From contig OZ316893.1 of the NCBI GenBank assembly GCA_973895155.1, positions 10,917,660 through 10,981,659 on the forward strand: a DNA stretch of 64,000 nucleotides. The letters run 5' to 3'. Both the position numbers and the translations under genes were made by a program. The DNA comes from Marsupella aquatica. Lineage: Eukaryota > Plantae > Marchantiophyta. Of this stretch, positions 12,201 to 26,052 are shown piece after piece (within the stretch, counting starts at the first letter, position 1; each line of letters opens with the position of its first letter). Below the pieces are notes generated by a model. That model was not told the origin of the DNA and searched no databases. It saw only the letters and a list, made by a program, of their open reading frames with translations.

Positions 12201-15200
12201 CTAGTTCCGTGTCTGAGCTATGGAGCTTCAATGTCAAATAATTCCAAGTCTTCGTACAACCACAGGAAAGCAACAAATTAAATCAGTATCAGATCCCCGA
12301 TAAGATACTGTGTCACCATCGACAGAATTTGCATCACATCGTAGGGAAACTGCTCTGGACAATCTGCCAGCTCTCGTGACAAACAAGATGTCTCAGCATA
12401 GCACTCGCCATCAAAATTTAGGATGAGGTTTGAATTATTAATGAGTGACTCTTGAATGTGCACTTAGTAATTAATCTTGCTTTCCAGCGTGTGTGTGACG
12501 CGTATGGTTCATGCAGCAGAAGCGTTTAGGTGAGGAGATGAAGCAAGAGTAAAAACTTACCTACCTTGGAGGTTAGTTGTGAAGACATCTGGCTTCGATC
12601 AGAAGGAATGCATGCAGCAATTCGATGACCGTAGTCCTCCAAAAGGAAATTGGTTTTGAGACCTCCTTATTGCATTGTGCCCACGATACCCCCGTACGTT
12701 CATTGAGTTCTACGATCAGGTGAGCTGGCCTCTCGTGAACTCTGTTGAATACTCTAGAGGATGTGCAACACACCCATCTCCAGCTCGCCTGCGTCCGTTA
12801 ATGTCATGAATATGTATAGGACTGAGGAAGGATATACTAATCAGTCCACATGGATCAACCTCTCAACATTATAAAATTGATGGAATTGAATGGTTGGCAG
12901 TCTCTCCGCCAGCGTACGTGCCGGTCTGGACACTGACAAGGTGAACGCGGCCCGCCCTCAGTGTATATATTGGCAGCCGTGCCTCCTGGTTAATTTCACG
13001 ACAGGAGTAGCTTTGTTCGTCTCTCTGGTAGAGCGTAAATATGCTTTTAGCCACAGAAGTGCCTACAGTAAAAAACAGGCAAATTCTCATACCTTTTGAG
13101 CTGTAGATCGCCTTTTAAAGTGGCAACTGTGGTTTGTTTAAGAAAATTCAAAACTGTCAAAGACATTCAAACTCAATACTCCCAAACCCTCGAGGTCTAA
13201 GTCACTTTATTTTCCAATGCAAGGCTGTGTGATCGAGACTTCCGAGATATTACCCCCTGTGTCATCTAACAGAACGAGAAAGTTGCCTGTGGAATTCAGC
13301 CACTCTCTGGGAACATGGTACGTGATAGGCATGAACTATGCAATGAAAAATTAGACCTCGGCATAAGAGACGAAGGAGTTATCGAATTGCACACCTAATC
13401 TCGTGAGAAGAAATTAACCTGGCCTTTTTCCTACATATCTCATAGTTTTTTCTGATTCGATCTGATTACTGGTCAACTTTAGACCTTAAGTTAGTGACAG
13501 AGGGAGAGGTAGAAAGCTTTTAATTTCGTCGGATCGGTTCGATCAGTTGGTCTCGATTGGCTTCCTCTGAATGTCGCTCAGGATATGTGAGGACTGACGA
13601 CAATCATGAATATATCAGATCTCAAGAAGGCAGATCAGGACCGAGAATCTCTTATAAGTTGGGATTTCCCTCTTGAATTGTAGACGGTAACAGCGCAACG
13701 TACTTGTCGAGGGTGATAGCGCAACTCAGTTCTTCAGTTTAGTTTTAGACACGTCGGACGAGCTACTTACCAAGTGGCAATGTCCACGTTCGCATCAATG
13801 TAAGTTGTAACAATGTGAACTTTGAAGGCCGGAGCGCCAGTTTTTATTTGCATGGACAAGATGCTGCGACTATTTGTATAGGCGGGTAGTAGTACAGGTA
13901 CATTCTTGACAGGGGAATTGATTGGAGCACGTACCAGTCTCGGACGACCTTCCGATGTTACTCTATGAAAGTGTGTTGTTCTCTCAGTAAAGGATGCGCT
14001 CAATATTTCTCTTCAACTTACGCGTCGACAGAGCAAATGCTGCGGACAAGTTGTACCGGTAGCTTCAACTACCAGATGCTCAATTGTCAGATGCAACTCA
14101 GGCTGCTCAATTGTGTTTTCTGCGGGGATATTGTGAGACTCAGTGATAAGTTTGATCGAGGTGTCGGGAATTGGTTGCTGGATCGCGCGTTTCCGAAGGG
14201 CCCTACTCGATCAGGGCAGTCACCCACACGTATACGTAGGACTACTAAGAGGAGTTTTCGTTCATTTTCATTCCAGAGGATAATTTGTGCGCTTTGAGGG
14301 ATCCGTCTTCCGAGGATTTTATCCAACGTATGTTCCGGCTTCCACAGTGATGGTGGGGCTTTGCAATATACTACGGTAACGTCCTATGTTCTTCAATCTG
14401 CGATACTAGGACATCTTCGAAGTCCACGTCTATCTAGCCCACCATTTTAATTTCACTACGGTCTCATGACCAAAATATATTGTCCGGGCAGGACGTCGAG
14501 GTTTCCGTAGGTGGTGATGGGGCATGGCATCGTGTCCAGTCTTTCAAATTCGTGAACACTTCGGGAATGTCGTGGGTTCATGGACCTTGCACCACAAATA
14601 GTTCGGCTTGTCGTTCGAGAACGGAACGTAAACGACGAAGACAAGGTGCGGAATAATACTTTGTGCACCTTAGCTGCCGAAAATTGTTTTCAACCTTCCA
14701 CTCTGATTAGTACTGCCGCAATTGCGTTTCCTTCCTTGTAGTTGCACCTTCCTTGCTCTTTATCCCGTGGGTCATCCTTTCATCCTTGTTGAATCATGGC
14801 ATTTTACGAGGTCAGGGCTCCCTCGATCTTAGAACTATAAATATATAATTTATAACATGTGGTGACAAGGGAGGACAATGCTTCTGTCCGATAAGAACAA
14901 GAAGGCTATCCCCTGCACTCGATCCTTGCATGAGTTTTAGGAAAAGTTGCAATCTATATTATTTATTACAAATCAACAACTGGTCAGCCAGTGAGTAGTT
15001 AAAATTCTATATAGAAAGCGCTGGAAAAATCCAAATCGAAACAGTTATTCATAAAATCTGGGAGCGTCCCAGAGTGCACTGGCCTGTCAAACAAGTAACT
15101 AATAATGCAGTGAGAGGACAGTGTCCATAATCCAATAAGCGGACAGTGTCAACGAATATCTAGCTACAACATCCCTAAGCATTGCCAGTGAAGACAATTG

Positions 15201-15562
15201 ATACTCCAGATGGACTCAAATTGGAGAACATCATCTAGTGAGGACAATTGACAATTTGTACCCCATTAATTGGGAATGAATGTCCGAGTAAATTTCTAGG
15301 CCCAACCTGGATACTGGCGCGGAAATTGTAGTCTCGTATCAATGAAGGTAGGCACTATCAATTAGGAGATGTGTAGGGGGTCCCGGGATTCAGTCAACAA
15401 TTGTTAGCGATTGAAATTCTCTACTCTGTTCTGGTGAACCCAGGCAATACAGTCAATAGTTGAACTTGTAGTGAGTTGAGTATCTGACATCAGGACCGAG
15501 TCTAAGATTCAATTATTCTGACAAAGACCATGTCCGGCGTTGCGCAAGCCATTACAGCGATC

Positions 15563-17759
15563 CTACGGTTTGCAGGGGGTGAGCTTCGTCATCATACACC
15601 TCCCCTTGCCATATCCAGAGTTGAGTTGTTTGAATGACCAGGCTGTGTCCCACTTCAACTGCTGGCTACCTCCCAACGCCGCGTTGAATTTGTTTCTGAC
15701 GGCGTTGGGTGACATGTAGAAGCGTTTGTTGGTATTGGAGTTCATCATGGCAGCCACTGCTTGCTTCAGCAGATCGTCCCCGCTCCGCAGAGCCGTGTAG
15801 ACTGACATGTTGCCGTACTTCTTCTTTGCAGCCTTGCCGAACATCTGCCCCACTGTGGTCTCGTGCGGAGTTGCATTTTTCCAGTGACAGAAGAAGGTTG
15901 GTTTCAGCCAAACACTGCAATGAAAGCAGACAAATTGTCAATCAACAGCTCTTACAGTGAGACATAAACCTCGAAGGCTGGAGCTCCTACATAAATGATG
16001 AATACTAAAAGTTCGACCGACAACTCCTATACTCCATTCAACTAGGGAAGCAACTCGGGTTTCCATCAAATGTAGAGCTAAATAGTGTGATCTGGTTCAA
16101 GGTAGCAAAAGGCAGATTAGGAGATCTTCAGTACATTCTATTCTTCCCTACAATGATCGGAGTACCTCAGTGGAAATAAATTCTTCAGCATTTAAACCTA
16201 ACTGCGAGGGAAGGATCAATTCAATGAAGTCAAGCACGACCAATCCACCACTCTCACTTTCAAGCTGCTGGGTACATTACTCCGGTCACCGAGTTCATTC
16301 CACTTGCAACTACGTCAGTACAAACAGGTACCTAACAGAGTATTTATGAATTCCTATTACAAGAAGCCTTGCTCTGCGACACATATGGTACGTAAAATGA
16401 AGGACCCAGCTGGAGACAGCATCATCGGAAGTCCTACGACCACAACATTTCCATTCAGCTTCTGTAAGCACTTCAGTCATGAAGTAAAAAGAACTTCGAG
16501 AAGGGCGTGGCGTCTTGGACACTCACTCAGACGCGCAGGTCGACGGCTCCTTCCAGGGAAAAGGTGGCAGATTGATGGGCGGGAAGGGAGGAAGGGGAGG
16601 AAAGTCCCAACCGGGAGGTTTGGGGGGCAGGGGGATGGGATGGGGCTTCGGATGAGGTCGGCCAGGGCAGAAATCCTTGGGCTGGGCGGGTTTGTAGAAG
16701 AGCGGGTCCACGATGTAGAATGCGTCGGAGAGGAACTTGGATTTCAGGCTCAGCGTTTGGCCACCTCCGTCGACTAGGTTGCAGGAGCTGTCTGGGCTGA
16801 CCGAGACAAACGCTTTGCAGCCACCTAAGTCCGACACCCCTTTGAATGTGGCGAGATATCCTCCGAAATAGTCGGTCGTTGCTGTGGCCGATGCCACAAC
16901 ATTGTCACCCTCATTGTCGTAACACAGCACAGATACCTTTGCATCTGCACAAATGCACAGAGCGATGCGTTTGACAGAAAAATCGTGAGCAAGCTGAGTT
17001 CATGAGGTACAATTCAAGATTACGAAACTCGTACTGCTAGACACTATCCAAGTACATTCCCTTACAAAAACTAGCCCTAGATCGAAAAAACCACCAAATA
17101 TCTAACAGAAATTTCCGAATGCATTTACTATCGTTCCTCTGATCCCATCGATCAATTCACACTCCTCTCTCTCCTTCCCGTTCTCGGGACTCTCGGCAGA
17201 CAGCCCGTGAGGAGATTTAGGCCTAGACGACGGAAATCAGGGAAGATATAACATGCCTTCCAGCAGATCGATGATAAATTCACCGTACGTCCAGAACGCA
17301 GAGATATCGAAAGTCTGATGTGCAAGCTAGACATTTAGACTCTTCTACAAGGCTATTCACAGATCAAAACTCCAGCTTGAAGAATTTTATGTTTCTGTAT
17401 GAGTAGCCATTACAACATTTAGATCATCGGAGATTTATCTCAAGCAGCGGTCGAGGACCACTCGACCTCATGATAAGTTCGAGTAGAACGTCACCCTGTA
17501 ACTCGCTTCACGTGTGAACAAGATATCTTTCACCCCTGATGATGTGTACAAGGACACGGCTAGCACGCATGCACTCACCTTTCAGAGGATAGCTGAAGGG
17601 GAACACTTCCTGCTTAAGGCATTGATCGCAGAAGACACTCCCCGTCACAAGGGCAGACCACCCGGACTGCCATTCCATAGCCGCTACATTGGAGTTGCTT
17701 GTCTCCAAAGCAACGAGTAGCAGCGCAAGCAAAGCAAACGCATTTCGCATAACTGCCAT
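15563..17759 (-). CDS. Secreted Pollen Ole e 1 domain / proline-rich / PDF1-like C-terminal domain cell-wall protein (FOCL1-like), 3 exons, 316 aa
   Basis: Exons 17579-17759, 16527-16944 and 15563-15914 (GT..AG, in frame, 951 nt). Signal peptide MAVMRNAFALLALLLVAL, then Ole e 1 motifs VTGSVFCDQC, AKVSVLC, TTDYFGGY and CKAFVSVSPDSSC. A Pro-rich linker follows, then STCASDVWLKPTFFCHW...LLKQAVAAMMNS...F...AL...FKQLNSG..C, like the PDF1/FOCL1 C-terminal domain. Confidence 0.88.
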
Positions 17760-19101
17760 TGTCGACTAATCTGTACTGGCCAAGGCTTCCAACACGGATA
17801 CTGTGCTTGGAATTTGTCGCTCTTGCTCTATTCTCAAATGTGCTGCATGCTCCCAAAGTCGAAGGAGCTGCAAGACTAGGCGCAACACTCTAGTACTTCA
17901 GTCCTGGATTGAGAATTTGAACCCTATCCTCCGAATTGCAGAAGTTGACTCCAAACAGCCACTACTGCATCTGCAATCAGAGCTACCTTCCCGGTGACTT
18001 CGCATGCTTACAAAAGTTTGACGAACAGACAAGTTATCGCAGATTAGCAGGCTTTGTACGAAGGTACGCCCGATGTAGGTACTTCATCAATTTTCTTGAA
18101 GAACTCAACGCGCCGCCAGCTGTTTACATTCTTCAATCATTCTGCTAGTAGATCGGGACATGTAGGTGGGACCATAGAAATACCGTGGAAGAACGAATGA
18201 GTGTATGGTCAAGTACGAGAGTACTTATTCTCTCCATTCCTGGAGCTTTGAATTTTCGAGCGGAACATCCGGACATGAGTGTTGTACATGACATCGATCT
18301 CACCACCGCTAACGTAGTACCATAGCCTTGCGGCTCGTGCAATGCCGTAGGCTGTCACAGCTGTGAGCCTGTGGCATTGATAGGTTTCCACCAATAGCGC
18401 ATGGCAATTGATCACAATAAGTAGATCTACCATAATTAACGCCGTATGCATGTCAGACAGCTATGGGAGGGGGAGTACAGTACTCTGCCGAGTGCCGAGT
18501 ATCGAGAAAATTCCATTGTGAAGTTTGTCAAACAACTACGCAGTGCTGTGTCTCTGATTCTTCACGGTGTACTTGAGCATGACTGAGCTACGTACTGTGT
18601 ACTTGAATCAGAGCGATTGCTCTTTCGGTCCATTCAAGTCACCGCATGAATTTCTACAAGGGGGCCCGAGTTGAGACCTCATGTATCTCTTAACCTCCCT
18701 AATTTAAGTTGTAGAGGATTTCTGTCAAGTCCATTCTGTTACATGGCTTCCAAGATTTTGCATAATGCCTTGGGAGCTTCTTTCTTGGAATATCTTCAGT
18801 TGGGAATTGTAGTTGGATTGTTGGGTAAGGTACTACGGTAGATTCACAGAAGCGCATATACTTTCCCTGGATTTAGAAAAAAGTAGATTGTATTAGATGT
18901 CGATCGGATTTTGGAGCCCTCTCGTCGAGAATATTATGTAATGTAGCATTGAGATCACTGAGAAATGGTCGTGTAATAGGACTCTCATGTAATGATGCAG
19001 AGTTACGACCCACTTTTTAAGCCGGGAACGAGACTCTTTATCGGGTCGGACACTCGTGAGATCTCAGGCGACCAATGATTCGTAATGTAATTTGTAATCT
19101 G

Positions 19102-19224
19102 CATAAGGTGTCGTTGGTTTAATAAATACAAGGCCTACAGTTTATTATCCAAAAAGTCCCGTCATAAGGTGTCGTTGGTTTAATAAATACAATGCCTACA
19201 GTTTATTATCCAAAAAGTCCCGTC
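19102..19224. repeat. 61-bp tandem duplication
   Basis: CATAAGGTGTCGTTGGTTTAATAAATACAA(G/T)GCCTACAGTTTATTATCCAAAAAGTCCCGT occurs twice with 1 mismatch. Confidence 0.9.
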
Positions 19225-20224
19225 AAGTAGAACATTTCAAAGTCTTCATCTGCTGTTAGGCTTCTGTGGTGACCGAAACATGATCAGCACAGCAGGTTAG
19301 CTTACTGATAGTGAATTTGAGATATAGAAGGCACCTTCCTGCTGATCATCTCGACTGTTAGTAATACCGTTCGGTAACAACGTAGATTAACAGACAACGG
19401 CAAGACCTGCTTGGCGCCATTCCTGCCTACAGATTGGAAGGAGACATTATTCCCGCCCTAAGGGCAAGTCTGGGTAGCGTTGTCACAGTCAAGAAAAGGT
19501 TATCCCACCTGACTGTGATCTACTTGGTTGCTTCACTGCAAACTGCGCGAACAAATTCAGGTCTCTTGTTTGACCCGTGAGGAATCTGATTATGACGCTG
19601 GAGCCTACTGTCTGTAGCTTACAACTGATCATCTAACTGGGCTTTTGCAATTTGCATTACTTTCCAGTGTTTGGACTTCAAGGCATATTATGATGAAGGA
19701 TCATCTGTGTAATCCATCCCAAAATTCATGGTTCCCAATTTCCCATACTGAAAGCTCCTTTCGATAGTTTGGTGGACCATAATGTCGTCAACGGCTCTGG
19801 TTTTGGGCTGTGCTCGATGGCATTCGTGGCCCCGGGTGCGTGCAGGATTTTGGAGGCGAGTAGGTGTGTGACAGAGCTTGTTGGGTGGAGTGTTTTTATG
19901 AATGGCAGGACCGCCAATCTGACCCGTCTACTCCAGCCAGCGATCCCACCTGCATTCGTGTCTTACTCACGTAATTGTAGTTGTTGGGTAAGTCAACGAC
20001 AACGTCATCCGTTGTCTGCATGTTGTTGACATCCTGCTACGGAACAGCACGGCACCGTATGGATCACGCTAACGTTGATGAGTGCTGTACCTTCTCTAGT
20101 GCTAGAGTCTGTAGTCACATGTCTACGTACAGAACTGTGCTATTGCTATGTCTGCGCTTTTTTGTGCAGTTACATACGTGATAGTCCAACTTTTTGCTGG
20201 TTCCCTAAAGGATAAGACTTTCTT

Positions 20225-20287
20225 TTTGAAACTTTTGGGGTTCCCTAATGGATAAGACTTCCTTTAGGGAACCCCAAAAGTTTCAAA
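20225..20287. repeat. Perfect 24-bp-arm inverted repeat (hairpin)
   Basis: TTTGAAACTTTTGGGGTTCCCTAA - 15-nt spacer - TTAGGGAACCCCAAAAGTTTCAAA. Confidence 0.9.
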
Positions 20288-23200
20288 TGGCTTGCTGTGC
20301 CCCTTTGAATCTCAAAACATTTGATTATCAGTTCTGTTGGGTGTTGCACCCGATCTCACTTTGAGATTCACAAAGAGACAATGTTGGGCCGGATCAAAAC
20401 CGGTCTCAGGAGGCATGCATGGAATTATCTCCGAACCTGTTCAATAATCCCTGCCAAGACCCTACCAGCCCCCTACCATGACTAAAACATGACCAACATT
20501 TGGGTATTGCTGCCGAACCCACCCTAAACCCTTTCCGGAACCCAAGGTTGGGCTGGGGCTTGGGGAGATAGCTTAGGGATGGTTGGAGAGGTTGGAAGAG
20601 CAACAAGTATTCTACCATTGTCAGGAATTCACAAGGCTTTCCGGGCTGTCCCTGTCTTGAGGACGGGTCGAAGCCACCAAGCGTGCATACTACACGTCCC
20701 AGGGCTTGCCTTTCTGGGTAGTCGTTTGTTTCAGGTCCTGGCTAAGCCACCAAACTTGCAAAAGACATGTTTCAAGGCTAGCATAAAATGCAAGTTACAG
20801 GCATGGCTTTGGCATGCAAGCAAGCAAAACAATATCTAGGCCTGAATTTTGCGCGGCTCAGGTATGGATGGTCCAATTTCGTGAGAACATATCATAATTG
20901 TAAGTTGGATTTCCCACACATGTTACAAGAAGTTTTTTAGTATCGTACTGGTGTCTTGTACCATCAGATGCTCTCAAGGGGCTCTGACTTTTATACGCAC
21001 GATTGGCCCCTGGCCCTGCCTGGGACAATGGAAACATTTCGGATCTTTCGTACCAACAATGTTGTAAGCTCTTTCGAGGTTCGCACACTGCTGGCGGATG
21101 GCTCGTTGGATAGGCAGCTTGCTGATGCCTTAGATACTATAGACTGAAGATATTGAATCGAAAGAACAGATGCTTCGTTCATCTGTAGTCTCTACAAATG
21201 AATTCGGTCTTAAGCTTTTGCTCCTCTCACAATTATGATTTAGACCCATTAATAACGTCTTTTGTCCACAGCATAGCTTCTGTCATCAATAGAAGGCAAC
21301 CGATCCATCATCCCTTAAAATCCTCATTGTCTGCAGTTTTCTCAGCTCTGTTGTTGATTCTTCGCACAAGTTAGGTATCATTGCGGCTCATGAGCTGAGG
21401 GCCCGTCACTGCTTGTAATATATATGACTCTTTCTCACCCAGAACGACCAGTGTGCTTGTCCACTACTAGTAGTCGTACGTTCCCGCACTTGAGAAAGCA
21501 TATTTTACGCGCTTTAGGCTCTCTTTGTGGTGGAACGAACTGCCTCATCGTTATTTTCTCTGCTCTGCCCTACTTGAAGTGACCCAGAGTAAGCTGAAAT
21601 TGCCATTTTTGGTGCTGTGTATGCCTGGGATCTTGAATATCTTTAAATCCTACCTATCATTCCTCAGGTTGTACCAGGCAGCTCTGAATAAGAGTTATTT
21701 CCGCATTTGTTTCGTAGATGTTGGAAGTCGTGTATGTTGATGAACGTAATGACAGCTCTCTCATTTAATAATTCTGCACATCCTATGTCAATGCCTAAGA
21801 TCGCTTAGATCCTCATGATTCAGCTTACTGCTTCTGACTTCACGATCAGTGAATTCTTGTAGAAATTCGGAAAACTTAGGGGATAGTTTTGACGAGTCAG
21901 TAGTAGAAGTCTATGAATTGAATTTGAAATGTACAGATATACAATTATCACGGTCGAGTCACGTACCAGTGAGTTTCCCACGTCACGAAGGACTTTCTCA
22001 AATCTGGAATGGTTGGGCATGTTGCATTTAGCCTGTCAGCCTGGATATTATAGCTTAAGTAGGCGATCAGTTATGCAGTGGTCTGCTTCTGTACGACCTC
22101 ATCTGTGCAAACGAGATGACGTTATGAGAATTAGGTCTGGCTAGATGTGGGTGGAAAGATAGAAGTCACTACAAGCCTACAATAGCAAGGGGAAAAGGCG
22201 CTGATTTATGGTGTCTACACCAAAGGTGATATAATTATGTTCATCCTCGGACAGAGAATGAAGCTTCAACTCGGTACCTATACATATTATTAAACTAGGG
22301 AACTTAATTGACACCTGCACTTGAATCGAGTGATTATCGGAGAAGAGACTGAAGGAGAAGAGACTGAAGGAGCATTTGGAGATTTACACGGTCTCCAAAG
22401 TGGTGTTCATTAACTTAGCACGAAACAGCTCATAAACTGTTCGACATTCAAACCCAATTCATGACTAGAGATTAGCGCCATCCGTTTAATTAGCTGTACG
22501 CCGGCCACCGAATTCAAAGTACAAACCGCCATGCTGTGTTTGAGAATTAAGATCACCAGAAGCAGCCTTTAACACTCTAGCTGACGATATCATATAAAAT
22601 GTAACTTTTTCAAATTCGGGGCCAAAATAGTTTGAAAACCCTTATAGCTTCACAATTATGTCTGAGATGTGAAGCTTTTTCCAGCTATAAAACGATGCAA
22701 TTTATGCAGGTGACTTTCCATCAAGTGAGCACCAAAAGTTATTAATATAAAGAGCGCAAAAGTCCCAATGTTTAAACCCTGCAAGAAAGCCAAATGGAGT
22801 GGAAATTGACATCAATCACTACGGAAATTTACATCAGGACCCAACTTAGTCAGGTTAGAAGAAAGTACTGCGTTTAGGGCTCGGAGCGAGAGTTACTAGT
22901 AATCCTATCTCCTATAGGTTGAGTACTGGGAGTGTCTGTAATCGCATTGGTTATTTGAATGATATCAGTCATAAAATTATATTTTTAGCAAGGTTCTTGA
23001 TAATAACAAGTCACGTTTCTTGACAAATGACAATCATTTTCTTGATAGCTTTCTACTGTCTCGTCTTGAATTGTCCGCCCATGTGTGAGTTACACAGGTA
23101 AGCATGATTATGATAATTCTTTTTTGTATTTAATGTAATTGGATTTCCTGCCCTGCCCTTGCCTCACTCGTCCGTCAAAGGAGTCACATTACATATCCAC

Positions 23201-26052
23201 TCGAGCCCGTCCAGTCAATGATCCACTTAGCAATTGATCCTGGATTTTCCCGGAAAGACCTCGGCAGAGAGGTCTTTCATACTGACTTTGCATATCCTTC
23301 GAGGCAGAAGTCCAATTCGATCAAGGCCATGAGAAAATTGATCTTTGCAATGTCACTACTAGGCTGCCAACAGCAGTGAATTTTTAATCAACGAGCTGAC
23401 TAGCTTATATCTCTCGTGACAACGACCATCATATTTCCTGTTGAGTACATGCGTGTAAGAGGAAGTGAAAATTAACCCTGGGTAAGCTGAGTTGAAGTTG
23501 TGTTCTTCTGACTTGGAAGGTGGACTTCATCTGCAAAGACTGATTAGGTGCTAGGGATGAGCTGGATGTGGTTCAAATGAATTGAGCAGATTCTGTCATT
23601 GAAGCTGTTTCACCTCAAGCGGCCAAGCCTGCAATGAGGATGGAGCCTTGCCTGATCATGATGTGATAGCCGCTGTGAGCTTCAAATTAATCAAACCTTG
23701 AAACGATGACAACGTCATATAGACAGCAGCTGCATTCACGAGAATTGGAGAAAGAAAGTCCGCGTATCAGTTTACCATTGAAAACAGAGGGGCCGAAGGA
23801 CATTCTATCCAAAATGAATATGCCTAGAAAACCTGATGTAATCAACAGTTCTTTTCTGTACATATGTAATGCCTTTCAAAGTAACGAACTCAGAGGTCAA
23901 CACCAAAAAGACAATTATGTAATGTATCATAGCGCATGGTAATATCACTTCTGCAGAATGAAAGCCTGTTCCTACTGATTATGTCAATAACGTGTCACAG
24001 ATGAAATGCTGGAGATTGTTGATTTGAATGTCGAAAGTAACCACTAATCTATAACCCTGTCAAGAATGGCACAACATTTTTCCCCTTTAGGCGCATAGGA
24101 AAGCTAGAAGAGACAATATCTCTCAAATGAACCGATATATACAATATGAGTTTGTCTACGAGTGATCACTTAGCTCTACGTCCATTTCCGAAGACTATTG
24201 TTGGAGCTTTGGTGCAAAATAATTATGATCATATGCATGGTAACCTCAGGATTTCAGTAAATCAGTGCAATTTGTTCAGAGGGTTTAAGGAAAATCGATC
24301 TTTGCCCTGTTCACACTAAAACCAGCTCCACGCAATTACAGACAATTTTCTAAAGCTACCCATCAATTTGAGCATGAACTGAAGATGCAAATTGAAATGT
24401 AGATCGATGTATCATTTGCGGTCGAGTTAGTTTGAGCTTTACATTCCAAACCAAAAGAAAATCCATTCCTCCTTTTTACAAAATAGTGCAATCGAGACGA
24501 TGTCGGATGCATTCCCGCACCAATGATTGCATGCACGAGGACGTGTCGGATGTTAGCAGAATTCGCAGTTCGATGAACAGCTCGATAGAGGGAATGCTGC
24601 CAATTGCGTGCAGGAGAGGAATGTCTGCCATTGACTACAATTCATTGATACGTAACGTCACTTTCCTCGTCGCCATCTGGATTCTTCACTACCTGCAACA
24701 AAAGCAGGCCCCAATTTTAAGGACTGCGGTTCATTTGAAGCCCATGCGGTGCGTCTCGAAACGGAATAATTGAGTCAATTTTTTTTCATACTTCATACAT
24801 CTTTGTTGATCTGTGAGCTTTAGTTCTGTACGATCGTTTTCAGTGCATTTTGCGCTCGGTGACATTTGTGGGGTTTGCATGCTAGACAGCACATAAAGAT
24901 ATATTTTCAAAGCTAAGAAGAATCAGAAAATGGACTCGTTAGTACTTCAGAATTCCGTACCACATCAGTACCACAAGATGTGTACCTTTAACACTTTCTC
25001 TCTCTTTTTCTCCGGATCATCATCATCAGAGCAGAAGAATACATGATTGGACTTTTCCCATCACTGTTCACTCAGCCTGGCTACATAAAGATTGTATCAG
25101 AAGGATGTAGACCGCCTTATCAGGCTAATTTGGCCGCAAAATCTTATTACATTTTGCTAATAATACATCGAATATAGACCAATCTAGCAGTATCATTGAT
25201 AAAAGGCTTTGGGAACAGGAGGTATCGGTGACATGTTTCCGAGTCGGTTCAACACTTGAGTCTGCACGGTTTCCCTGCTCAAGTATAAAAACGAATGCAG
25301 AGCTGACAACGCAATATAGGAAAATGTGAGTCAGTAGTTTGTGCCGAATTTAGAACCATTACATGAAAGAAGAATATGTAAGGGATTCTTCTCACATCCA
25401 TCGACTACAATTCCGTTAAAACTAAAATCGAGTAGTCTTGGGTGACTTGTTGGCTGAACGATGTCTCATAGGAAACCTGTCAGATTTTGAAATGGTAATC
25501 AATGCACTTTCATTTCGACACTGACTCCGCCATTGTATCAGAACTCACTGGTGGAAGGTACCCATGAGACCACGTCAATGGGGGCCAAAGAACCAAGGAA
25601 GAACAGTAAATTATCACCAAAGGTGCTCAGTCAACTCTGGTGTGGATGTATTGTAACACCAAAACTACAGAATCTCGTGAGCACCTCTTAGAATGCCATC
25701 TCTAACAGAACACCAGAAAAGTTCGACAATAAAGCTGCAATCAGGTACAGACACCTCTCAGGTGTCACAGCAGCTTCAAACCAAGAATCTTCGATAAGGT
25801 TTTATCCAGTTTCTCGTTTCTCCAAAAATCTGCCCATGCACAACATCTATCTTCTGACTACGTCTACACATGTCGTGCTTTCCTACGATTCGCCACTGTA
25901 GACTCACTTCTGTCTGAGTTTGAAAGCAAAAACTGAGTGCAGCTTTTTCCGTTCATATGTCACCACTGCGAGGCCAAGTAAAGTGACTCCACATGCCACA
26001 CGATGTCAGTTTTAGAATCTAGTGTAGATATGGGAACTGGATCACTATAATC

